Assembly (NCBI RefSeq): GCF_000012285.1 | Contig: NC_007181.1 | Span: forward strand, 1,890,001-1,922,000 | Direction: 5' to 3' | DNA: 32,000 nt | Origin: Sulfolobus acidocaldarius DSM 639 | Lineage (GTDB): Archaea > Thermoproteota > Thermoprotei_A > Sulfolobales > Sulfolobaceae | Shown here: in pieces, positions 18,235 to 26,059 of the stretch | Numbering within the stretch: position 1 is the first letter of the stretch | Layout of the letters: each line of letters starts with the position of its first letter | Position numbers and translations under genes: made by a program | Notes under the pieces: generated by a model | Seen by the model: the letters and a program-made list of their open reading frames with translations, nothing else | Database searches by the model: none | What the model was told of the DNA's origin: nothing

Positions 18235-19221
18235 ATGAGACCTAGATCTGGAGGAATTCCAATTATAAAGCGGGATGATCTTATATTCTCATTGAAATTA
18301 GTAAGAAAGATGAGAAACCCAAAGACTAGATTTGATGAGGTTGAATTTGTAAAGAAGGGTAGAGATTATCTATTTAACTATGCAGAAAAGAACGTGGGTC
18401 CTTTAGATCCCAGTAGGAGAGCCTTTTTAAAGGCTGTTCTTATTGGAATTGGTGTAGCAGCAGTTGCTAGTGCTGTGCCAATTGTCTCTTACCTTAACCA
18501 ACCTGAAATTTCTTTGAATACTTTTCCTTGGATCATTATAGTTGACTCAAGTGGTAATCCTATAAAAGCCTCGCAATTAAAAGTAAATAACCCAGAGATC
18601 TTGATATTCCAGTACCCAATGGAGGGAGACATAACTTTCCTCTTGAACCTTGGAGATGAAAACGACAATCCAATTCAAGTACCTCCAACTACAGTCACAA
18701 TACCTGAAAATGGTGTCACATACTCATTCCCTGGAGGAGTAGGTCCAAACAAGTCCATTGTTGCTTATTCAGCTATATGCCAGCACCTTGGTTGTGCCCC
18801 TCCTGAAATACACTTCTATCCTCCAAAATACATGAAGGTAGGACTTCCAACACCTAATTATTTGCCTGGCGTGGCTTTGCAAGCAGCTCAACAGGCTAAT
18901 GCACCAGGTATAATTCACTGTGACTGTCACGGTTCTTCTTACGATCCATATCACGGTGCCTCTGTACTGACTGGACCAACGGTTAGACCACTTCCTTATG
19001 TCCAGTTGTATTGGGACTCTAATACAGACTTCTTATATGCCGTTAGCATGAATCTAAAAGCACCAGTTATACTTGGACATTCGTCAGATCTTTCAGGTTA
19101 TGCCTACTTATCCTCCTACGACGAGTCTACTGGTTGCAAAAAGCTACTTTTGAAGAGTAATCAGACGCCTTCAAATTGTTACTCGGAAGTACAAAACTAT
19201 GGAAATACTTTTCAGGGATGA
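18235..19221 (+). CDS. soxL: SoxL, Rieske [2Fe-2S] protein
   Basis: 328-aa ORF with Rieske boxes CQHLGC and CDCHGS. It has a twin-arginine motif SRRAFLK followed by a hydrophobic helix. It is divergent from soxABCD, as known for S. acidocaldarius. An alternative start is at M26 (MRNPKTRF). Confidence 0.9.
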   Translation: MRPRSGGIPIIKRDDLIFSLKLVRKMRNPKTRFDEVEFVKKGRDYLFNYAEKNVGPLDPSRRAFLKAVLIGIGVAAVASAVPIVSYLNQPEISLNTFPWIIIVDSSGNPIKASQLKVNNPEILIFQYPMEGDITFLLNLGDENDNPIQVPPTTVTIPENGVTYSFPGGVGPNKSIVAYSAICQHLGCAPPEIHFYPPKYMKVGLPTPNYLPGVALQAAQQANAPGIIHCDCHGSSYDPYHGASVLTGPTVRPLPYVQLYWDSNTDFLYAVSMNLKAPVILGHSSDLSGYAYLSSYDESTGCKKLLLKSNQTPSNCYSEVQNYGNTFQG

Positions 19222-19664
19222 TAGGTGTGAAGACCTCTATATTTGATTATATGTATGAAAAATACATGGAAACCACAAGGTTAATGTCAAAAATGAACTA
19301 CATTCCGGCAATCGCTTCTGGTGAAATAGCCTTACTCCTTATATTATACAGCGGAGGAATGGGGTTAGCTATATATAATTTACCTCTTGAGGGACCATTA
19401 CTCATAATGCACTTATACGGTGCAATACTAGTGGCTGTGTTAAGTCTGGGTCTTTTGGCAGCAGCTGTTAATTATAGGGATAAGGGGGCAATACTCATTT
19501 CTTTCCTCAATGTTCTTTCAATACTCTTCGCCGCCTTCGAGGGGTCATTCTACTTTGGCGGTATAGTTGATGTATCCTATTTGATGCAGATGGGTATGGG
19601 GTTTGTATTTGCAGTTATTACTGCATCTGGTTGTTTAATATATGCCATAAAGAGAGGTGAGTGA
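19218..19664 (+). CDS. 4-TM membrane protein, paralogue A, co-translated with soxL
   Basis: I place the start at ATG 19218 (MIGVKTSIFDY..., 148 aa). It overlaps the soxL stop in an ATGA arrangement. It has four hydrophobic helices with a His in helix 2 (LLIMHLYGAIL). Confidence 0.7.
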   Translation: MIGVKTSIFDYMYEKYMETTRLMSKMNYIPAIASGEIALLLILYSGGMGLAIYNLPLEGPLLIMHLYGAILVAVLSLGLLAAAVNYRDKGAILISFLNVLSILFAAFEGSFYFGGIVDVSYLMQMGMGFVFAVITASGCLIYAIKRGE

Positions 19665-20067
19665 TGTGGTCGCAACAGAAAATAAAATAAGACCTAGTAG
19701 GTTAATGTTATACACATCTCTAGTTGAAACGTTTCTCCTGGCAGGGCTGTTCTTTGAGGGAATATCGACACTTTTCTATGATAAGTTCCCACTTACCCAA
19801 TATAGTGAGGCGCTTATATTATCAGGTCATATAATATTTGCAATGCTTGTTGGATTCTTTGGAGTTGCAATTTTAGCTCAAGCAATTAGAGAGGGCATAA
19901 GAAATATTTACATCCTGTCAATCCTCAACATGATTTTTATAGGGATAGCTGCTGCAGGTGGTCTAGCATTTTATGGAATACTCAACCCAGATTACTCATA
20001 TCTGATGGCTCTTGGATTCTTCGGATCTCTATTTTGCACTTCATCTATATTCTTCTATTCCATTTGA
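19657..20067 (+). CDS. 4-TM membrane protein, paralogue B
   Basis: 136-aa ORF with a GTG start at 19657. GTG 19666 lies 5 nt after GGTGA (19656-19660) and is an equally good start. It is alignable with the preceding gene (conserved His in helix 2, shared SYLM motif). An oligo-T terminator follows. Confidence 0.7.
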   Translation: MSDVVATENKIRPSRLMLYTSLVETFLLAGLFFEGISTLFYDKFPLTQYSEALILSGHIIFAMLVGFFGVAILAQAIREGIRNIYILSILNMIFIGIAAAGGLAFYGILNPDYSYLMALGFFGSLFCTSSIFFYSI

Positions 20068-20068
20068 C

Positions 20069-20105
20069 TTTGATTTTTTGTTGTGTTATTTTATTTAGAT
20101 TTTTC
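20069..20105 (+). terminator. oligo-T terminator cluster ending the soxL operon
   Basis: Directly after the TGA at 20065-20067 the sequence reads CTTTGATTTTTTGTTGTGTTATTTTATTTAGATTTTTCG, with T6 at 20074-20079. Confidence 0.5.
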
Positions 20106-20266
20106 GAATTAAAAAATTTTTATTAAATATTTCTTATATGGTCGAATCACACCTTATACAATATATATTTTTTATTAAATTTATTAAAACTTCAAATTTC
20201 GCTATCTCGTAAAGTTTTGACAACGACAGACGGAGAGACTATGTGCCACAAAAACTTATATTTATA

Positions 20267-20773
20267 ATGAGTAAATTTACATTCATGACGATAATATTTG
20301 ATATATTAAATGAAGTTCATGGTTTCTTCGGTGCCTTATGGGCAGGTGCAGCATTCTTAAACTTCCTGGTAAAACCACGAGAAAAAGAGCAATTTGTCAG
20401 AATAGGAAAATTCTTCCTTATATCGTCTGTTATAACAATTGTGACTGGTATCATAATATTTGCTTATATATACCTCATACCCTATAACGGGAACCTGTTC
20501 ATAGTGAATGCCGTATTGCACGACAGTCTAAACATAAGAATTAGAGCCTTCCTAAACCTCGTGGGCGGAGCCTTCGGTCTTTTAGCTTTTGGTTCAGGTA
20601 TAGTAATTAGTAACAGAATAAGGCAGTTAATGAACCTTAGAGAAGGTGATGTAGTGGGACTGGAGATCAGAAATTCAATATCTACACTCTCAAAATTTAA
20701 TATTGTGTTCCTGTTGCTCTCAATTTCTATGATGATTTTAGCAGGGTCAATAGCCCAGGTTATTGGAGCATAA
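20267..20773 (+). CDS. 4-TM membrane protein with CopD-like His/Trp helix (tentative)
   Basis: The track ORF starts at GTG 20243. The ATG candidates are 20267 (MSKFTF...) and 20285 (MTIIFDILNEVHGFFGALWAGAAF...). The latter lies about 25 nt downstream of TTATATTTATAA (leaderless geometry). The H-x6-W-x-G pattern in helix 1 recalls CopD-type copper-handling membrane proteins, from memory only. Confidence 0.6.
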   Translation: MSKFTFMTIIFDILNEVHGFFGALWAGAAFLNFLVKPREKEQFVRIGKFFLISSVITIVTGIIIFAYIYLIPYNGNLFIVNAVLHDSLNIRIRAFLNLVGGAFGLLAFGSGIVISNRIRQLMNLREGDVVGLEIRNSISTLSKFNIVFLLLSISMMILAGSIAQVIGA

Positions 20774-20858
20774 GCCACTTAATTGTTCGAGCGTATATCA
20801 GCCGAAACCATTTAACTTAACCGACTAAATATCTAAAGGCGCAGAATTCAATTTTTTC

Positions 20859-22043
20859 TCACAAAAGGGACATTATTCCACTTATTAAAAGTATAACTAC
20901 AGTTATCCAATAAATTACCATCCTTCTTCTGCTGTAACTATACTTACCCATAATCTTTTCATCACCGACCAAAAGCCCTACGAAAAAGGCGGGGATAAAG
21001 ACTATTATAGGCGTTACAGACATCAGGGATAATACAGTGTTAACTATCTGATCATAATTCTGGCTGAAGATAGAGGCAATAATAATTGCTGGAACAGACT
21101 CAAAAACGTACAGAAGAGTCGTGTTCCTGTGGTTATGTTTGTTTAATGCCTCTAAAGTCCCCCAAGCACTTCCTAAAGACTCAACTATCAAAGCTAGTAA
21201 CCCACCACATATTAGACCTATTCCGAACACATATGGTGAATATATACCACTTATAGCTGATAGGGCATACGACATTTCCCTGTAATTTAAGGGATCAATA
21301 GAAGAGGACAATCCTGTTGTTGATATCTCGATAGCAACCATCAGCAATTCTGACACTAAAGCCCCTATAAATGTCTCCATTGATGACCACTTTACCTTAA
21401 CATCCTTGCTAAGAGCTGAGTTATTATATTTATAGGCAGTGGCAGAGGCTTGATAAAATATCATGAAGGGCATCACAACTGCTCCTATGTTTGCTGCCAA
21501 GAAAAAAAGGAAGGACTTAGAAGCGGAAAAATATAACAGTTGTTGGTTTGGGGAAACTCCTCTTAGAAAGGCTTGAACTATGAATGCAATAACAAGAAAA
21601 AACGATATACCTAATAACGTCTTCTCCATTTTTTCATAAGTCCTTGTAAGCACAATAGATAAATGAATCACAAAGAATAGTGGTAGGCTTATGTAAACTG
21701 GAACGCCTATCATTAATGACCCTACAGCTATTCCTACATACTCGACCACATAAGTGAAAAGGTCAACCAAAAACATGGGAATTGCAGCAGTTAAGGCGAA
21801 TTTCTGTGAGAACTTTTCCCTTAGGAGAGTTCCTAACCCTTTTCCATTATTTACAGCCCCTACCCTCCCTGCAGCCTCTTGAACTATGTAAAGAGGAAGT
21901 GTGAGAACTAGCAACAAAATTATCAACCTATAACCATATGTTTGTCCGTCTGCAACTCCTGTCAATATACTAGCGGCGTCAACATCAGCCATCATTACTA
22001 TCCATGCAGAACCAAACAACTTTGCGACATCATTAATACTCAT
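20859..22043 (-). CDS. NRAMP-family divalent cation transporter, divergent metal-site motifs
   Basis: 394-aa ORF with about 11 TM helices. The region AWIVMMADVDAASILTGVADGQTYGY aligns with NRAMP TM1, and GAVVMPFMIFYQ aligns with TM6. The overall layout is typical of MntH-like proteins. Confidence 0.8.
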   Translation of the reverse strand: MSINDVAKLFGSAWIVMMADVDAASILTGVADGQTYGYRLIILLLVLTLPLYIVQEAAGRVGAVNNGKGLGTLLREKFSQKFALTAAIPMFLVDLFTYVVEYVGIAVGSLMIGVPVYISLPLFFVIHLSIVLTRTYEKMEKTLLGISFFLVIAFIVQAFLRGVSPNQQLLYFSASKSFLFFLAANIGAVVMPFMIFYQASATAYKYNNSALSKDVKVKWSSMETFIGALVSELLMVAIEISTTGLSSSIDPLNYREMSYALSAISGIYSPYVFGIGLICGGLLALIVESLGSAWGTLEALNKHNHRNTTLLYVFESVPAIIIASIFSQNYDQIVNTVLSLMSVTPIIVFIPAFFVGLLVGDEKIMGKYSYSRRRMVIYWITVVILLISGIMSLL

Positions 22044-22045
22044 AG

Positions 22046-22061
22046 TGATGTATAGACATCA
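22046..22061. promoter_or_regulatory. inverted repeat TGATGT-ATAG-ACATCA between TATA-like element and the NRAMP start codon
   Basis: Perfect 6-bp arms with a 4-bp spacer lie 3 nt upstream of ATG 22043. The TATA-like AAAAAATATAAATC is immediately upstream on the coding strand, so the repeat covers the expected transcription start. Confidence 0.35.
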
Positions 22062-22262
22062 TGATTTATATTTTTTACGATTAGGCGTAATATACGTGAA
22101 ATAAGGATATCAGCTAACACTAAACTCAGTCTTCCCCAACAAATGGTTGAGATTAAGGAGAATAAGAAGAAAAAGATGTGTGTGGAGTTTTTGATGGGGC
22201 TGTAGATTATATGTTGCTCACCATTTTTTCTTGCTCCCACTCAGTCTACAGATTGAACTTTT

Positions 22263-23636
22263 TCATGCACTTAAAATCTCAACCTCTCCTGAAGTCTCCT
22301 CCAAGGACTTGCCTTTTGTCTCAGGTATTGAGATCAGCGTAACTATAGCTGACACTATGGCTACTGCACTTAGGAATCCTATAGCAAATGCCTCTCCGTA
22401 CTCTGTGAAGAGCGATGGAAACACAAAGGCAGTTAAGGCAGCTCCTATCCTTCCAGAGGCTACGGTCAATGACTGGACAAATCCTCGTATCTTAGTTGGA
22501 GCTAACTCTACACCTAAAATTCCCACTGCACTAACTGAACCAGGTCCAGCTTGACTTGCGAAGTTATTGAGACCGTATATTAGGAAAGCTACTATGGGTG
22601 AAAAACTCAATGCGAAGCTCTTGTACAACGAAAAACCTAAGAGAGCTAATGCCATTCCAAAAAAGCCTATTGTCTGCATTGGTTTCCTACCTATCCTATC
22701 AACTAACATAAGGGCAACTATTCCTCCTGGGATAACAAACAGTCCTTCTATCATTATCTGAAATACTCCAGAGTTAATACCTAGGCTTGAGGCTATGAGC
22801 GAAGGACCGAATAGATTTCCGGCATAAGCTACTATATCAAACAGAAACCATAGAACACAAGCAGCTAAAAACTGCCTCCAAAATTTCGTTAGATAGAATC
22901 TGAAACTGTTTTTGTCTCTTAAATCGGTGTTCACTGGATAAGTCTCTCCAGTCACACTTTTTATGACACTGTTTAACTCCTCTAGATCTCCCTTAATTCT
23001 CCCCAGGTATCTGGCAGTCTCAGGTATTTTCCTCCTGAGGTAAATCACAGACGCTGCAGGTATTGCTCCTGCTGCCAAGACTACTTTCCACAGAAGTTGA
23101 GGGCTAAGTCCCATACTCGAAAGACCTAAGTATAATAGCGCTGATGTCGTTGCTCCAAACCCCCAAAATAAACCAAAGCCTAACGCCAACATCTTCCCTC
23201 TATCCCTAGCATTTGAGTGCTCCGCCATTATCATTGGTGATAGCACGTAGTCTGCGCCTATACCTAGCCCCAATATGAACCTAACGATAATCAGTTGTAC
23301 TGGGTCAACAACGAGGGCTTGAAGTATTGCACCTATCGTCAAAATCGCAACGTCTACTCCGTAAAAGGTCTTCCTTCCCTTGTTCGATAAAAATCCAAAA
23401 AGTATGGCTCCAACTGCTGATCCCATGAGGGCTGAACCAGTTATCAAGGAGACATATAATGAGTAGTCTGGGTTAGCCCTTGTTATTCCAAAAGTCTGTA
23501 ACACGGTCAGCAATACTATGCCTATAGAGGATAGATCATAACCATCTGTGAACACTCCCATCCCTGTAGTTATCATTGACTTAAAGTGAAACCAGCTCAG
23601 GTTCTTTTCATCTAAAGGCTTGAAGGGTTTACTCAT
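22263..23636 (-). CDS. MFS transporter (Pho84/PHS-like signature)
   Basis: 457-aa ORF. The N-terminus FHFKSMITTGMGVFTDGYDLSSIGIVL resembles the G-x-G-F-F-x-D-x-Y-D-L-F block of phosphate:H+ symporter-type MFS proteins. It has 12 hydrophobic helices and a central loop containing PETARYL. Confidence 0.85.
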   Translation of the reverse strand: MSKPFKPLDEKNLSWFHFKSMITTGMGVFTDGYDLSSIGIVLLTVLQTFGITRANPDYSLYVSLITGSALMGSAVGAILFGFLSNKGRKTFYGVDVAILTIGAILQALVVDPVQLIIVRFILGLGIGADYVLSPMIMAEHSNARDRGKMLALGFGLFWGFGATTSALLYLGLSSMGLSPQLLWKVVLAAGAIPAASVIYLRRKIPETARYLGRIKGDLEELNSVIKSVTGETYPVNTDLRDKNSFRFYLTKFWRQFLAACVLWFLFDIVAYAGNLFGPSLIASSLGINSGVFQIMIEGLFVIPGGIVALMLVDRIGRKPMQTIGFFGMALALLGFSLYKSFALSFSPIVAFLIYGLNNFASQAGPGSVSAVGILGVELAPTKIRGFVQSLTVASGRIGAALTAFVFPSLFTEYGEAFAIGFLSAVAIVSAIVTLISIPETKGKSLEETSGEVEILSA

Positions 23637-24002
23637 AGTATCTCTGTGTTATGATTAATTGCAGTAGATATAAATATTTCGTATTATTAACTAAATATAT
23701 TTATATATTGAAATAAGAACTAAATAGTGGTTTATAAAATATGTAGTTCGTGGAACGAAATTTATTTATAAGCAGTGTTGAAGCCGACTCAGGGGACTGA
23801 ATACTAATTATAAGATCACGGTAATCATTAACAATATTTTCTTATAAGAACGAAGTTAACTGAAAAATAACTTAAAATATTACTTATACTTTCCGCGTTT
23901 TATACTATGATTAAAAATTACAAAAACCTTTTGAGTGATAAAAATTGAAAAGGATAGGCAAAGAAAAACTTTTTGCTTTATCTTGTACTTTCTCAGAAAT
24001 AG

Positions 24003-24761
24003 TTAACTAATCACAATTGCATATGGCACAGTAACGGAATTGGAAGCAACTAACACCACCCACATACCAGACTCAGCATGAGAGTAGATTCCACATGCTA
24101 TCCAGTAGTAACCGGCTGGAATATTAGGTAGTACTCCTACAGCAGACTGTCCTCCATATATACCATTGCCATAATAGTCTGTAGCATTAGCTCCTACATA
24201 CAGCATGATCTTACCATCAGCTGATATATTCAGGTTATTGGGCTTTACTGTATTATTTAGCACTATAAGGGCGTTATGGGGTAAAGATTGAGGGTTAGTT
24301 AATTTCACTAACACGTTCCATCCTGCAGGTACGTAAATTCTCATTTGACCATTAGAAGTGCCATTATAGTTTAGGGAACTTCCTTGTACAACTAGATAAA
24401 TGAACACTGTTTTATTACTGGGGTTATACTGTAGTTGATAGGCTCCTGGGGGTAACGTACTTGATGTAGTAGTAGACGTAGTAGTTGTTGTAGTTGATGT
24501 GGTCGTGGTGGAACTAGTGGTAGATGTACTTGATGTAGTAGTGGAAGAAGAGGACGTGGAAGATGACATTGATGAAGTACTCGTTGTTGTGGGTGTTGTA
24601 GTCGTACTTGAGCTAGTAGATGAGATACTACTCATACTACTACTGGACGATGTAGTACTACTGGTTGGTGTTCCATGGTTAAAACTCATTATGGCGAAAA
24701 CACCTGCAATTATTACGATAATTACTACGACCGCTATTATGACTATTGTCGAGGTCTTCAT
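24003..24761 (-). CDS. membrane-anchored type-1 (blue) copper protein, sulfocyanin-like
   Basis: I prefer the start at ATG 24761 (MKTSTIVIIAVVV..., 252 aa), which is preceded by GTATATAAAG about 21 nt upstream. The track ORF starts at 24815. It has a TM helix, a 72-residue Ser/Thr stalk, and then a cupredoxin domain with ligand pattern LPHNALIV ... YWIACGIYSHAESGMW (H, C-x4-H-x4-M). Confidence 0.75.
   Translation of the reverse strand: MKTSTIVIIAVVVIIVIIAGVFAIMSFNHGTPTSSTTSSSSSMSSISSTSSSTTTTPTTTSTSSMSSSTSSSSTTTSSTSTTSSTTTTSTTTTTTSTTTSSTLPPGAYQLQYNPSNKTVFIYLVVQGSSLNYNGTSNGQMRIYVPAGWNVLVKLTNPQSLPHNALIVLNNTVKPNNLNISADGKIMLYVGANATDYYGNGIYGGQSAVGVLPNIPAGYYWIACGIYSHAESGMWVVLVASNSVTVPYAIVIS
24456..24671 (-). 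repeat. low-complexity coding tract (72 consecutive residues almost exclusively Ser/Thr)
   Basis: It encodes TPTSSTTSSSSSMSSISSTSSSTTTTPTTTSTSSMSSSTSSSSTTTSSTSTTSSTTTTSTTTTTTSTTTSST. The DNA is a degenerate ACN/AGY/TCN triplet repeat. It generates a spurious D/V/E-rich ORF on the opposite strand. Confidence 0.85.
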
Positions 24762-24888
24762 AGGTTCATGAATAGGCACATTCTTTATATACTTTATCCA
24801 AAATTTTTTGTACATAAAAATTCTTAAAATAAATTCGGTTTAAGTTACTCTTTTTCATTGCATCTAGTTCTATTTCACCCAAGAGATT

Positions 24889-25974
24889 TTAATTTCTAAC
24901 ATTCCTGAAGAACAAGAAGAAAAGAACTGTTGCTAGGCTATAGAGTGATCCAGTTATTATGAAGGGTAATACGTAATTACCTATATTAAAATAAAAACCG
25001 CCAATACTAGGTCCAAAGGCTCTGGGAATGGAGCTCATCAAGTTAACTATTCCGTTCGCCCTACCTCTTTCGTTCTCTGGGACTAACTTCAGCACCATAG
25101 CCTGGAATACAGGAGAGGTCATATTCATCAATGCATTTCTTGTCACAAAAATTATTGAACCGATGATGAATGATGGAGAAAAAGGAAGTAAGAAAAGTAG
25201 GGCAATTGCAGTCGCATGTAAGTATACTATTGTTTTCACTCCTCCAATCTTCTCAGCTATAATAACTGAGAAATAAGTGCTAAAAGCCAATGTCAGTTCT
25301 GCTATTGCAAACACTGGACTCATCTGTGAACTAGTTACCCCAAATCTGAGGTTAAACCAGAGTGACATAAGTGGGATCACTAGTCCTGCCCCTAGACCTA
25401 TTAAAGCCTCCGTTGAGAACTTTCCTATTGTCCCTAGACTCTTAAGAGCGATATTTCTGTAGCCTTTATAACTCTCCTTAACTGGAATTAGTAGTAGCAG
25501 GGAAATTAAGTTAACGACTACCTCAATTAGCAATATCTCCTTATAAGTTAGTACTAGTGGGAATAGACTTCCAGCGACTGATAACAGTATTGATAGACTT
25601 TGCCTAACTCCTAAAAGTCTCTGAAAGCTTTCAGATTTTTCCGCTAGTAAAGACATTATTAAACTCCCTGATCCCCAACTCTGATAGAACAAATAAGCTA
25701 AAGGATATCCTAGAAACAAGAAGAATATAGATAGTGTACTTATACCCCTACTTATTATGGAGAACTTTTTCCTCCCATACATATCCCCTAGAAAAGAGAG
25801 GGTTAAGGAAATCAGTGCACCAATGATTATTGACCCTGATAATAGCTCACCAATGGTCAAAGGACTAAGTCCTAAAGAAAGGAGATAAAGGGACATAATT
25901 ATAGTGTTAGCCCCCATGGATATACCGAAAATCGATGACGATATAACGAGCAAAAAACTCTCGTATTTAGTCAT
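24889..25974 (-). CDS. MFS-type transporter (short, about 10-12 TM)
   Basis: 361-aa ORF made of hydrophobic helices throughout. It has an MFS motif-A-like loop GDMYGRKKF, and PENERGRANG in the second half. TATA-like TTTTTTATAAAG lies about 19 nt before the ATG. Confidence 0.8.
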   Translation of the reverse strand: MTKYESFLLVISSSIFGISMGANTIIMSLYLLSLGLSPLTIGELLSGSIIIGALISLTLSFLGDMYGRKKFSIISRGISTLSIFFLFLGYPLAYLFYQSWGSGSLIMSLLAEKSESFQRLLGVRQSLSILLSVAGSLFPLVLTYKEILLIEVVVNLISLLLLIPVKESYKGYRNIALKSLGTIGKFSTEALIGLGAGLVIPLMSLWFNLRFGVTSSQMSPVFAIAELTLAFSTYFSVIIAEKIGGVKTIVYLHATAIALLFLLPFSPSFIIGSIIFVTRNALMNMTSPVFQAMVLKLVPENERGRANGIVNLMSSIPRAFGPSIGGFYFNIGNYVLPFIITGSLYSLATVLFFLFFRNVRN

Positions 25975-26021
25975 ATTTTAGTATAATATTAGTCACTTTA
26001 TAAAAAATATGTCGATTAAGG

Positions 26022-26059
26022 ATAACTAAATAACTAACATAAATACCTTATTTAGTTAT
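26022..26059. repeat. perfect 12-bp inverted repeat with 14-nt spacer
   Basis: ATAACTAAATAA (26022-26033) and TTATTTAGTTAT (26048-26059) are exact reverse complements. The repeat lies 48-85 nt upstream of the MFS start at 25974 and about 180 nt downstream of the stop at 26240. Confidence 0.6.

Noticed and set aside
22040-22554. 66-aa minus ORF covering the NRAMP promoter region and 107-aa + ORF antisense to the MFS 3' end
   Set aside because: The first fills the whole intergenic spacer, including the TATA-like element and the palindrome. The second is antisense to a clear MFS gene. Neither has start signals.
24499-24771. 90-aa + strand ORF rich in Val/Asp/Glu
   Set aside because: It is the mirror translation of the Ser/Thr-coding low-complexity tract of the cupredoxin gene.
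25028-25462. 82-aa and 61-aa + ORFs antisense to the 24889-25974 MFS gene; likewise 27078-27365, 28677-28859, 29027-29740, 29942-30242, 30762-31450 antisense to the Mo-cluster genes
   Set aside because: They are embedded antisense frames within long ORFs that carry Fe-S, TorD or MFS motifs.
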